This document shows positions 1 through 8,682 of a stretch of DNA of 47,685 nt, piece after piece; position 1 is the first letter of the stretch; every line of letters starts with the position of its first letter. The notes under the pieces were generated by a model, which was not told the origin of the DNA, ran no database searches, and saw only the letters and a list, made by a program, of their open reading frames with translations. The stretch is from Coleofasciculus chthonoplastes F2-STO-03 (GTDB lineage Bacteria > Cyanobacteriota > Cyanobacteriia > Cyanobacteriales > Coleofasciculaceae), in contig JAVJWO010000064.1 in NCBI GenBank assembly GCA_040222015.1, positions 1 to 47,685 of the forward strand, given 5' to 3'. The position numbers and the translations under genes were made by a program.

Positions 1-591
1 AAACGGGGTGCGCTGTTTGTCTGCGATCAAATCCGATGGCGTAGCCACTCCCAACAAACAAAAGGTGAGACGTTGGTAGTCGGGATTATCGACCCGTTGA
101 TTATAGCAAGCTCGGATAAAGGCAAAAAAGTCATCTTTGAATTTAATTTTCAGGACACTATCGATTTCATCGATAAAAATAACGATGGTTTCAGATAACT
201 CAATTAACAGTACATCATCAATAAATTCACTCAACCTTTGTACTGGGGATAAAACTTCGCGATCGCGCCACCAGTTGCTAAAGTTAATCTTCCGGGAAAG
301 TCGAAACCCGCGCAACAACTCAGACACCAATCCGCCATACCATTCTTCTGGCGTCACATGACTACCAATGCGAGTCATATCAATCGCGGCACATTTAATC
401 CCTTGGGCTTTTAGCTTCTTTGTCATCTGCACCCGCAAGCTGGATTTACCCATCTGTCGAGAGTTGAGAACGTAACAGAATTCCCCATTCATTAATCCCT
501 GATACAATCGAGCATCAGCGTTTCGCACCACATAAGTCGGGTGGTGATACTCTAAACTTCCTCCTATTTTGTAATAATTGCTATCTGACAT
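1..591 (-). CDS. AAA-like (AAA_35-type) P-loop NTPase domain protein, 5' part only (runs off the window)
   Basis: Not in ORF track. Manual translation from ATG at 591 gives MSDSNYYKIGGSL...YVLNSRQMGKSSL (Walker A)...IVIFIDEIDS (Walker B)...LLGVATPSDLIADKQRTPF, open to position 1. Confidence 0.9.
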   Translation of the reverse strand, partial: MSDSNYYKIGGSLEYHHPTYVVRNADARLYQGLMNGEFCYVLNSRQMGKSSLRVQMTKKLKAQGIKCAAIDMTRIGSHVTPEEWYGGLVSELLRGFRLSRKINFSNWWRDREVLSPVQRLSEFIDDVLLIELSETIVIFIDEIDSVLKIKFKDDFFAFIRACYNQRVDNPDYQRLTFCLLGVATPSDLIADKQRTPF

Positions 592-619
592 AGAGTCATT
601 TTAGATTAGTGTAATCCCA

Positions 620-647
620 GTAGAGACGCGCCATGGCGCGTCTCTAC
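620..647. repeat. GTAG-type REP-like palindrome
   Basis: Perfect 28-bp palindrome GTAGAGACGCGCCATGGCGCGTCTCTAC; related copies at 1718-1753, 11312-11335 and about 23980-23995. Confidence 0.85.
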
Positions 648-658
648 AATTTGGGTCG

Positions 659-2227
659 CTAGAATTCATAATTCATAATTCTCTGAAAATATTGCCGATA
701 TAACTGACAACGAGGGATGACGCGATCGCGCTTTCGCTGAATCAGTCCCATACTGTATAATTGATACGCCTGCATGGTTTCGATTTGTACGGGTTCGGTG
801 GCACTGACAACCTGTTTTAGGGCGGCGGCTAATTCCGCATTTTCTCTGAGCATTCCCCAATGTCGGCGCAAATGTGCCTCATATATTCCCGCTTCGGTTG
901 GTGCATCTTGCAATAATTTGCTGAGTGTCACATTCTGACTGGCTAAGTGATACAATCCCAATCGCACTAAATAGGGATGTCCCCCTACCATCGCCATTAA
1001 CTGTAGAACTTGCGTTTCATCCCAATCCAGTTGATAGCGTTGAGCTAAATCGGCGACTTGTTGCGAGGTAAACTCTGGCAATTCTATCGGTAATCCCACA
1101 TTAAACGGCGATTGATTAATATCCAACGGTCCATAATCTTCCGTTGAATGCGCCACCACCAATCGCAATTCTTCCCAAATATCCACAGTCTTGGCTTCCT
1201 CATGCCAACTGCGTAACATAGGAAAGAATCCTTGTGCAATATCTGGGGACTGAAACACCCGATCTGCTTCATCTAATGCCAAGACTAAAGGAGAATCCAG
1301 TTGTTCTAATAAATGATCTTGGATGTAGGTTGTACAATTAACAATACTGCCCCGATCCTCATCCCAATACTTATCCAGTTGAGCATCAAGTTTAAGTTTA
1401 GAACTGATACAAACACACAACCAGCGTAAAAATCGATTCAGACTGCTAAAAACGTCTGCCTCAGCTTGTAGCAAATTTAACCGCACCGTGGCATAACCTT
1501 GCTGTTCTGCATAGTCCAGAATCCGGTCTAGCAGCGACGTTTTACCCATTTGCCGAGGTGCTTTAATCCGAATCAGCGCCCCAGGTTGACGAATTGTCTG
1601 ATAACAACGCTCCTCAATAGGTAGGCGTTCTATATAAAACTGAGAATTGAGTTTCACTGGATCATTCGGTAGTTCTAACCCATTTCCTAACGGTGGCGAT
1701 GACCGATAAATTTGCCTAGACGTGCCATGAGACGTGCCATGGCACGTCTCTACATCATGCTTCGTCTTCCGTGATTGTACGCCTGTAGTTACAGAAGGCG
1801 GTGGTGATGCACTAGGGGCGACTTGTTTTGACTTTTCCGGGCGGCGACGTTCCCACTCTAGATTAAACCGTTGCATAATCGCCTCTTTATCGTACCGCTC
1901 GTGCCAGAGTTTCAGGGTAAAGTGCCAATCATGTAATCCTTTCTTTCCCGGACGATTATCTTCTAGAATCTCGACAAAATCTGCCAGCCGTCTCAGCGCT
2001 TCCTTAATTTGTTCGCTATTTAATTTGCCTTCATAGGGATCTAATGATGTCAATTCTTGGAGAAATCGCACTTTTGTCCTGACAACCAACTGGTTCTCAC
2101 TTTGCCAGTTGACTTTTATCTGTAGATGTTCTGTATTCTCCCACTCGTCATTGGCGTAAGCCAGCAACGCTTCTAACAGGCGCTTTGCCCGTTTTTTCGC
2201 TTGAGGTCCATAGTTCGGTCTAGCCAT
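659..2227 (-). CDS. N-terminal putative winged-HTH domain + AAA_35-type NTPase
   Basis: Walker A KAPRQMGKTS, Walker B VLALDEAD, SPFNVG, GGHPYL. Start taken at MARPNYG (2227) because the paralog at 18503 starts at the same residue; the ORF track starts at 2239. Confidence 0.85.
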   Translation of the reverse strand: MARPNYGPQAKKRAKRLLEALLAYANDEWENTEHLQIKVNWQSENQLVVRTKVRFLQELTSLDPYEGKLNSEQIKEALRRLADFVEILEDNRPGKKGLHDWHFTLKLWHERYDKEAIMQRFNLEWERRRPEKSKQVAPSASPPPSVTTGVQSRKTKHDVETCHGTSHGTSRQIYRSSPPLGNGLELPNDPVKLNSQFYIERLPIEERCYQTIRQPGALIRIKAPRQMGKTSLLDRILDYAEQQGYATVRLNLLQAEADVFSSLNRFLRWLCVCISSKLKLDAQLDKYWDEDRGSIVNCTTYIQDHLLEQLDSPLVLALDEADRVFQSPDIAQGFFPMLRSWHEEAKTVDIWEELRLVVAHSTEDYGPLDINQSPFNVGLPIELPEFTSQQVADLAQRYQLDWDETQVLQLMAMVGGHPYLVRLGLYHLASQNVTLSKLLQDAPTEAGIYEAHLRRHWGMLRENAELAAALKQVVSATEPVQIETMQAYQLYSMGLIQRKRDRVIPRCQLYRQYFQRIMNYEF

Positions 2228-2250
2228 CGAAAGTCCCACCCGGTAAAACG

Positions 2251-2286
2251 TTGGGGGATTCCCCTAAGTTGGGTAACATCCCCTAA
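2251..2286 (-). promoter_or_regulatory. Putative operator: TTAGGGGA direct repeats (19-bp period) + TTAGGGGAATCCCCCAA inverted repeat
   Basis: Same motif and spacing at 18442-18477, upstream of the paralogous gene. Confidence 0.5.
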
Positions 2287-2405
2287 CGGTTTATCCCCCA
2301 TTGTAGGGAACTTCTCGCCACCAGCACAGGTAGCAGAGTTGAGGGTAGTTCCCCCGTTGGTAGTAGGCACTTTAGTGCCTCAAGCACCCCAATAAGGGAT
2401 AGTTT

Positions 2406-2437
2406 GTAGGTTGGGTAGAGCGTAAGCGTTACCCAAC
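2406..2437. repeat. GTAG-type REP-like hairpin
   Basis: GTAG followed by GTTGGGTA...TACCCAAC stem. Confidence 0.55.
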
Positions 2438-2915
2438 AGGCTATAACCCGATTGGGTTGGGTTACTCGGAAAGAAGGCTCCGCCTACGTTCCCATAGCCC
2501 CACAACGGTGATATGCTCCCGTTTAGTTGTTCTGACCCCTGCTAGCGGCTATTCGGAAAAAATTATCACAATAATTATCCAGGTTCTTGAAAAAAGCCAG
2601 TTCAGCTTGAGCGGCTTTTACTGTCCTCATTAGTCAGGAAACGTCTCGGTATTTAATATGGCTCTGTTATAGGCTGGTTCTGGCTTTGAGTAGTTTTAGA
2701 CGGTGTGGATTCAGCTTTCTTTAACATGGGGTTCAATCCCATAGGAGTGAGGGGTTGACCCAGTTCAATCTATTTTGTTTTCTGTTGGCATTAAAGGAAA
2801 TGAGATAAAACTTCTTTATTTTTTTCTAAACAAGTTCTAACTTAAGCTTGAAGTCTAAAGTTTGAGTGAACTATAGTAACGGTGGATTAATCAGAGGGTT
2901 AAGCGAACTAAACGT

Positions 2916-3119
2916 ATGTCTAGGATTACCGTTTCCGATTTACCTTTAGCTGGTTCTGACTTGTTTCAAGGTGCTGAAACTTTTCTGAGTGATCTGACAG
3001 AAAATGACCTGTCGATTACGGCTGGACTGCCATTCCCTATCATTAGATCCATCATCGTTGATACAGCTCCCATGGGCGGCGAGGATCTTTTCTTTAAGTC
3101 TATTTCTTACATGGCGTGA
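2916..3119 (+). CDS. RiPP precursor peptide 1 (cyanobacterial IxxSDL...F/ExxL-type leader ending ITAG)
   Basis: Leader resembles those at 9364 and 9977 (MxxITxSDL); AG as a double-Gly variant; lies directly upstream of the kinase and lyase genes. Confidence 0.75.
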   Translation: MSRITVSDLPLAGSDLFQGAETFLSDLTENDLSITAGLPFPIIRSIIVDTAPMGGEDLFFKSISYMA

Positions 3120-3160
3120 TGGATTGCTCGTTCCCTTATATTTAAATAGCTTCATCGGTT

Positions 3161-4336
3161 ATGACATTTCTGTTGAATTCTGATAATATTTTCGATTATT
3201 TAGTGGAGCATGGTTTTTGCCATCCCTCAGAGCTAGCTCTCAGTCAGGTTGAGCCAGTTGCTGCCAAAAACTTTAACTTATTGGTAAAATTTACTGACAC
3301 TCATAAGCTTTTGGTTAAGCAGGAACGGCACAATCAGGACGGAAAAGCGGCTGGTGAGTTTTGGGGGGAGTGGCAGATACAACTGTTCTTACAACAATTT
3401 CCAGAGGTTGAACACCTACGCCAATTTTTGCCAGACGTGCTGCATTTTGATCGGGATCATTCAATTCTTGTCTGCCGTTATCTGGATGATTACCGGGATT
3501 TAATGGAGTTCTATACGAAGGAAAATAGTTTTCCTACAGAAATTACGGTGGCAATGGGTAGGTTTCTGGGAACTCTCCATCGCGATACATTTAACTGTCA
3601 AGACTATCAGCATTTCTTTGCTCAACAGTCGGATACTCTTACAACTGAGCAAGTCCCTAAATTGATTCGGGGGTTGGAACGAATTGGACCCGAAGTTTTT
3701 GGTCAAGTGCCTGCTGATGGGTTGAAGTTTTTTGCCCTTTATCAGCGGTATGATAGTTTGGGGCAGGCGATCGCGGAATTGGGCAGTGCTTTTTCTCCCT
3801 GTTGCCTGACGCACAATGACCTGAAGTTGAATAATATCCTGCTGCACACCGATTGGGCGCAAACCGATGATAGCATTGTGCGTTTCATTGACTGGGAGCG
3901 CTCGACGTGGGGAGATCCAGGGTTTGATTTGGGAACATTGATTGCTAGCTATGTGCAAATTTGGCTGGGTAGCTTGGTGATCAGTAGTTCACTAAGTATC
4001 GAAGAGTCTCTGCAGTTAGCGGCGACACCTCTGGAACAGCTTCAGCCTTCTATTGCGGCTCTGACTCAAGCTTATTTTGACAGGTTTCCGGAAATATTAA
4101 ACCATCGCCCTGATTTCTTACGGCGGGTGGTGCAATTTGCGGGTTTTGCCTTGATTCAACAGATTCAGGCGATGATTCAGTATCAAAAGTCTTTTGGCAA
4201 TATGGGGATTGCGATGCTTCAGGTGGCTAAGACGTTGTTATCTCGTCCGGAACAATCGATGGCGACGATTTTTGGTGCGGCGGCGGTTCAATTGAGTAGG
4301 GGCACGGCACTGCCGTGCCCATCCGTGTCAACTTAA
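3161..4336 (+). CDS. Aminoglycoside phosphotransferase-family kinase (LanK/TvaC-like peptide kinase)
   Basis: LLVKQE, HNDLKLNNIL catalytic loop, IDWE motif; paired with a HopA1-like gene. Confidence 0.85.
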   Translation: MTFLLNSDNIFDYLVEHGFCHPSELALSQVEPVAAKNFNLLVKFTDTHKLLVKQERHNQDGKAAGEFWGEWQIQLFLQQFPEVEHLRQFLPDVLHFDRDHSILVCRYLDDYRDLMEFYTKENSFPTEITVAMGRFLGTLHRDTFNCQDYQHFFAQQSDTLTTEQVPKLIRGLERIGPEVFGQVPADGLKFFALYQRYDSLGQAIAELGSAFSPCCLTHNDLKLNNILLHTDWAQTDDSIVRFIDWERSTWGDPGFDLGTLIASYVQIWLGSLVISSSLSIEESLQLAATPLEQLQPSIAALTQAYFDRFPEILNHRPDFLRRVVQFAGFALIQQIQAMIQYQKSFGNMGIAMLQVAKTLLSRPEQSMATIFGAAAVQLSRGTALPCPSVST

Positions 4337-4386
4337 GCCACTACCCCCTCTCCCCCAACCCCTCTCCCACCCTGGGGAGAGGGGAG
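4296..4386. repeat. Two palindromic repeat elements (GTAGGGGCACGGCA-TGCCGTGCCC inside the kinase 3' end; CCCCTCTCCC...GGGAGAGGGG hairpin after the stop)
   Basis: Inverted repeats read directly at 4296-4320 and 4344-4386. Confidence 0.65.
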
Positions 4387-4430
4387 TAAGAGGGAAGCGT
4401 AAGTTCCAATATATTTAGTGACAAACGATT

Positions 4431-5552
4431 ATGCAATTACTCGATTTTCCTCAAACTCAGCGAACAACTGAGGCAACTGGGCGATTACTGGATGTTCTAG
4501 AGGATATTGTTAACAAGGTTGAGATTCAGTCTGATTTCTCGATTCGTCATCCTGATTACAAACCCTTTGAACTGCCTGCGGAGGTGGTTGCCCGTTTTCA
4601 GAAAATGCCTGGGGATATTCAGCGGAAATATCTGAGTCTGCAACTGCGGAGTTTTCTCTACGGGATTTATTACAATGGCTCGATACGAACCGCCCTGGCA
4701 CCAGAGGCGGATTCAAATCCTCTGCCCCTAGACCTGGAGAACAATACCATGTTGGGGGTAGATTTGGGGTTTTATCAGCGATTGCATGACAGCAATGGCG
4801 GTACTGGCTATTTTGATAGAGGTTGGTATGTTCTCAGGGAGGAAAATGATGGCAGTTTAGCGGTGACGAAGGGGAGTTTGAGGCTGCATATTCAGCGCGA
4901 TAAGCATCTTCAATCATTTGAGCAAGCTGCTGTTGTGGGTGATTCGGTGGCTATCCGGATGCCTAAGAATTTTGTGCAAAATGGCTTTTATATGGCGGTT
5001 GGCAATGTGGGGTCAAATCGTCTTGAGGATGCAAAGGGTGAGTCGGTGACGGTGCGTATCTACTTCAATTTGACTCCTGAAGGTGCAGTTGCGGTGATGG
5101 GTAGCCTGACACGGCGGCTAAATGAGAAGGCGATTCCTTTTAATTTCAAGGTTTTGTACAATCCAAAGGATTATGGGCGGCATGATTCAGGGGTGCTGTA
5201 CTTCGATAAGAGTGACTATGAGGTAGTTAGGGACATTTTGCCGGCTGTGTATGGGGAGAATCCAGCGTATTTTCAGGATGAGGTTCCTTTATTTACGATG
5301 CAGTTAGCACCGGGGTTGGGGTTGGCTGAGGAACCCGACCAAAAGTTTGCTGATCAGGAAAGCTTTGGCATGAATCGGTGTCAGATTGTGGCGAATGGGT
5401 TGCTGGAGGCTTGGTACAAAGGGGATGACTCACCAGAGGGGAAGATGACCTCTATACTTCAGCAATTCTCCCTCCTGGGAGTTGGCTTGCAGCGTGTCTA
5501 CCTCAATCCTAACTCTGAAGATATCTACACGCCAATAGACTTATGCAACTGA
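4431..5552 (+). CDS. HopA1-family protein (LanY/TvaD-like phospho-Ser/Thr lyase)
   Basis: VRIYFN, FKVL, RHDSGVLY, LAPGLGLAEEP and SFGMNRC motifs typical of this family; follows an APH kinase. Confidence 0.85.
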   Translation: MQLLDFPQTQRTTEATGRLLDVLEDIVNKVEIQSDFSIRHPDYKPFELPAEVVARFQKMPGDIQRKYLSLQLRSFLYGIYYNGSIRTALAPEADSNPLPLDLENNTMLGVDLGFYQRLHDSNGGTGYFDRGWYVLREENDGSLAVTKGSLRLHIQRDKHLQSFEQAAVVGDSVAIRMPKNFVQNGFYMAVGNVGSNRLEDAKGESVTVRIYFNLTPEGAVAVMGSLTRRLNEKAIPFNFKVLYNPKDYGRHDSGVLYFDKSDYEVVRDILPAVYGENPAYFQDEVPLFTMQLAPGLGLAEEPDQKFADQESFGMNRCQIVANGLLEAWYKGDDSPEGKMTSILQQFSLLGVGLQRVYLNPNSEDIYTPIDLCN

Positions 5553-5577
5553 TACTCCAAAATTTCTGAAGAGGACT

Positions 5578-5709
5578 TTATGTTTTATAGTAACTTTTCT
5601 CGTTCAGTCCAAGAATTCCCTTGATCTGAATTTTAAGGTCTTCTGTAGTTAGTGTGCTAAATTCTTCGTTTAATTTGCCAGAATATTTTACAGCAATAGC
5701 TGTAACCAT
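5578..5709 (-). CDS. Possible 43-aa small ORF, weakly leader-peptide-like
   Basis: MVTAIAVKYSGKLNEEFSTLTTEDLKIQIKGILGLNEKSYYKT; AGGG 5 nt upstream of the ATG; not in ORF track. Confidence 0.3.
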   Translation of the reverse strand: MVTAIAVKYSGKLNEEFSTLTTEDLKIQIKGILGLNEKSYYKT

Positions 5710-5828
5710 TTTTACCCTGCTTTTAAGATAGTTTTGAGGCACTTAAAAGCTACAGTTCCTGTGTGGTGAAATTCTTGGCTCATTAAAACTGATAGTTTAG
5801 CACACTAATTTCGGAAGAACCCTTATTA

Positions 5829-6050
5829 TTCAATTCCGGTTGAATAATTTCCTCTACAAAAATCAGGTGTACTCCTTTAGAAGTCACGATGGGTTTGAGA
5901 ACCTGCGGTGGCGTAGCCGCAAAAACAGCAGCAGAAATTTCCGGTTTCAACTCCTTACGCTGCACAAGCCGCCGATATCCCCTTTTCGGTGTAACTCGAT
6001 ATCCTGAATATATTGATGAGCCACCTCATAGAAACTCATTTGTCCTTCTT
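5829..6050 (-). pseudogene. Fragment of a second PpiC-type peptidylprolyl isomerase gene
   Basis: Closely matches about 10620-10845 (KPEISAAVFAATPPQVLKP.VTSKGVHLI.VEEII.PEL); 1-bp deletion near 5980; both ends missing. Confidence 0.85.
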
Positions 6051-6181
6051 TAAGTTTTCAATCTATATTCTATTAATTGCATTATTTTATTCTTTTTTAA
6101 ACAAACATTAAGCTTGATATTGGGGCGGCAGATATCAGACAATTAACTACAGAGCAAGTTCAAGTTAACAGGAAACTCAAA

Positions 6182-6445
6182 ATGGACGAAAATCAAAGAA
6201 AACACCACGGTCAAATTGAAATTGCTGACCTGATTAGTGAAGCTGTTTCTAACGCGGCTGCACGACGGAACCAAGTTCTAGATTCAGAAGAGCCTTTGTC
6301 ATCGTTATCTGATGCACAGGCAGAAGGAGTCGTAGGGGGTTACGGGAATTTTATCGTACCTGACAATGCTATACCTTCTATAGAGATAGATATAGTAACA
6401 TGGGGATTTCATAAAGAGGAGTTTAATGGAAAATATAACGACTAA
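6182..6445 (+). CDS. RiPP precursor peptide 2 (helical leader ending LSDAQAEGVVGG; core YGNFIVPDNAIPSIEIDIVTWGFHKEEFNGKYND)
   Basis: Double-glycine motif; AGGA upstream; first gene of the radical SAM operon. Confidence 0.75.
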   Translation: MDENQRKHHGQIEIADLISEAVSNAAARRNQVLDSEEPLSSLSDAQAEGVVGGYGNFIVPDNAIPSIEIDIVTWGFHKEEFNGKYND

Positions 6446-6866
6446 AAATACCACACTACTTTGCCCCAGTGCTAGACCAGAATCAGTGGAAAGTGTTGTC
6501 TTCGGGGTGGTCACTGGAACGGTGAAAGAACCCCGTGTAACTTATCTCAAACAGCCGCAATCTGTCACGGATGAATTGATGGCTTTGTCTAGTCCAGTTA
6601 CACCGACTGAAGTTTTTCGGATTGCAGCACCGTGCGCGACGAAAAGTTGTCAGCATTTTGATGGCAAAACTTGTCGTTTAGCGATGCGAATTGTAGAAAA
6701 GCGAGATGCTGTAGTAGAAGAATTGCCACCCTGTTCTATCCGCAGAGACTGTCGGTGGTATCAGCAAGAAGGCAAGGCAGCTTGTATGCGTTGTCCGCAA
6801 GTTGTCACGGATAACTACAACCCGTCTGAACAAATACGTCAAGTGGCGACGCCGACTGCTGGTTAA
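6426..6866 (+). CDS. Cys-rich conserved hypothetical protein (8 Cys; family often labelled 'nitrogen fixation protein')
   Basis: CPSA, CxxxxCxHF, CxxRxxCRW and CxRCP motifs; overlaps the upstream ORF by 20 nt. Confidence 0.75.
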   Translation: MENITTKNTTLLCPSARPESVESVVFGVVTGTVKEPRVTYLKQPQSVTDELMALSSPVTPTEVFRIAAPCATKSCQHFDGKTCRLAMRIVEKRDAVVEELPPCSIRRDCRWYQQEGKAACMRCPQVVTDNYNPSEQIRQVATPTAG

Positions 6867-6908
6867 GCAAAGCTACCAGATGACTTTAAGTAATGTAAGG
6901 AGAGAATT

Positions 6909-7262
6909 ATGTCATTAGAAAATGTCAAAGCTTTTTACGAAAGGCTAGCAACTGATGAGGTTTTCCGTTCTCAAATTCAAGGCGTTAAAAATAAGGATGA
7001 ATGTAGCCAAATCGTCAAAATTGCTGGCTATGATTTCACCCAGCAAGAGTTTGAGGAATATACTGTCCAGTTGTTAGAGTCAAGTATTAATAATGATGAA
7101 CTCATGGATCTAAATGAAAAAGAACTGGAAGCTGTTTTTGGTGGGGCAAGTTCAATCATAGGCAAGCCCCCTATACAGCAGATATATGGAGTTGTGTGGC
7201 AACCCTACCAGCCAATGTATGGAATTATTCAGATAGATGACATAGGTAAGGAGGCGTTTTAA
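6909..7262 (+). CDS. Nif11-leader RiPP precursor 3 (spliceotide-type, two XYG sites)
   Basis: Nif11 leader (MSLENVKAFYERL...AGYDFT...LNEKELEAVFGG); core contains IYG and MYG; AAGGAG RBS. Confidence 0.92.
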   Translation: MSLENVKAFYERLATDEVFRSQIQGVKNKDECSQIVKIAGYDFTQQEFEEYTVQLLESSINNDELMDLNEKELEAVFGGASSIIGKPPIQQIYGVVWQPYQPMYGIIQIDDIGKEAF

Positions 7263-7355
7263 GAAACCACTGTTGCTTAGGTAATAGCTCAAGTTTCTGA
7301 GAGGGACAGAAATATGTCCGCTCCCCTTCTAAAGAAATTAATTGAGGGTATTTTG

Positions 7356-8618
7356 ATGACCTATCGTAGAATGAGTTATGCGGTTTGGGAAATAACTCTT
7401 AAGTGCAATCTTGCCTGTCAACACTGCGGTTCTCGTGCTGGTCATACCAGGGCGAAAGAACTTTCCACTGAAGAAGCCCTTGATATGGTTAGGCAGCTGG
7501 CGGAAGTCGGGATTAAAGAAGTAACCCTAATTGGGGGCGAGGCTTTTTTGCGTCCTGACTGGCTGGTGATTGCCCAAGCTATTACCTCTGCTGGGATGCT
7601 GTGTGGTATGACTACTGGGGGCTATGGTATTACCCTGGATACAGCACGCCAGATGAAGGAAGCTGGGATAAGGGTGGTTTCTGTATCGGTTGATGGCTTA
7701 GAAGCGACTCATGATCGCTTGCGTGGGAGACAAGGCTCCTGGCAATGGGCGTTTAAAACGATGAGCCATCTCAAGGAAGCGGGTATTCCCTTTGGCTGCA
7801 ATACTCAAATCAATCGCCTCTCTGCACCGGAATTCCCCCGTATCTATGAGCGTATCCGGGATGCTGGAGCTTTCGCTTGGCAGATTCAATTGACTGTGCC
7901 GATGGGGAATGCAGCGGATAATAGCGACATTCTGCTGCAACCTTATGAACTACTGGATGTGTACCCAATGATTGCTCGTGTTGCCCAAAGAGCGAATCGA
8001 GAGGGGGTGCGGGTTCAGCCAGGGAATAATATCGGCTACTACGGTCCCTATGAGCGACTATTGCGGGGAGGGGATGCTTGGTCGTTTTGGCAGGGATGCA
8101 GCGCTGGACTGTCTGCTTTGGGCATTGAAGCAGATGGAGCTATCAAAGGTTGTCCCTCACTGCCTACTTCAGCCTATACCGGAGGCAACATCCGCGACCA
8201 TTCACTCCGGACAATCATCGAGGAGGCGGAGGAACTGCGGTTTAATTTAGGGGCTGGTACTCCCAAAGGAACGGAGCATTTGTGGGGTTTCTGCAAGACT
8301 TGTGAATTTGCTGAACTCTGTCGTGGTGGTTGCAGTTGGACTGCTCATGTTTTCTTTGACAGGCGAGGGAATAATCCTTACTGCCACCACCGCGCACTGG
8401 CTCAAGCAAAGCAGGGTATGCGCGAGCGAGTTGCTCTTAAGGTTCGCGCACAGGGGAATCCGTTTGACAATGGAGAATTTAGTCTGATTTCGGAGCCGAT
8501 TGACACCCCTTGGCCTGAAAATGACCCGCTTCATTTTACGGCTGAGTGCATTCAGTGGTCAGAAGGCTGGCAGGATGAACCTGATATGGTATCGTCCCTG
8601 GTCAGTTCAAGTAGTTAA
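7356..8618 (+). CDS. Nif11-class peptide radical SAM/SPASM maturase, PlpX/PcpX-type splicease
   Basis: CNLACQHC radical SAM motif, GGE, SPASM cysteines (GCSAG, GCPSL, CKTC..LCRGGC, PYC); sequence closely resembles PcpX as recalled; start at MTYRR with GAGGG upstream (ORF track starts at 7314). Confidence 0.92.
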   Translation: MTYRRMSYAVWEITLKCNLACQHCGSRAGHTRAKELSTEEALDMVRQLAEVGIKEVTLIGGEAFLRPDWLVIAQAITSAGMLCGMTTGGYGITLDTARQMKEAGIRVVSVSVDGLEATHDRLRGRQGSWQWAFKTMSHLKEAGIPFGCNTQINRLSAPEFPRIYERIRDAGAFAWQIQLTVPMGNAADNSDILLQPYELLDVYPMIARVAQRANREGVRVQPGNNIGYYGPYERLLRGGDAWSFWQGCSAGLSALGIEADGAIKGCPSLPTSAYTGGNIRDHSLRTIIEEAEELRFNLGAGTPKGTEHLWGFCKTCEFAELCRGGCSWTAHVFFDRRGNNPYCHHRALAQAKQGMRERVALKVRAQGNPFDNGEFSLISEPIDTPWPENDPLHFTAECIQWSEGWQDEPDMVSSLVSSSS

Positions 8619-8682
8619 AACTGAATGGCACCCTCAATTCTGATGAAAATCCATTCAGAGATACCATTACCCGCTATTCACC

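Noticed and set aside
2749..2763. HetR-type GGG-N5-CCC site upstream of precursor 1
   Set aside because: Short, degenerate single match that could easily arise by chance.
3161..5552. Complete class V lanthipeptide or thioamitide pathway
   Set aside because: No flavin-dependent Cys decarboxylase, second kinase-like cyclase, methyltransferase or YcaO/TfuA in the window, so the product class cannot be assigned.
6426..7262. Nitrogen fixation genes
   Set aside because: Nif11 here is a RiPP leader domain, and no nif structural genes are present.
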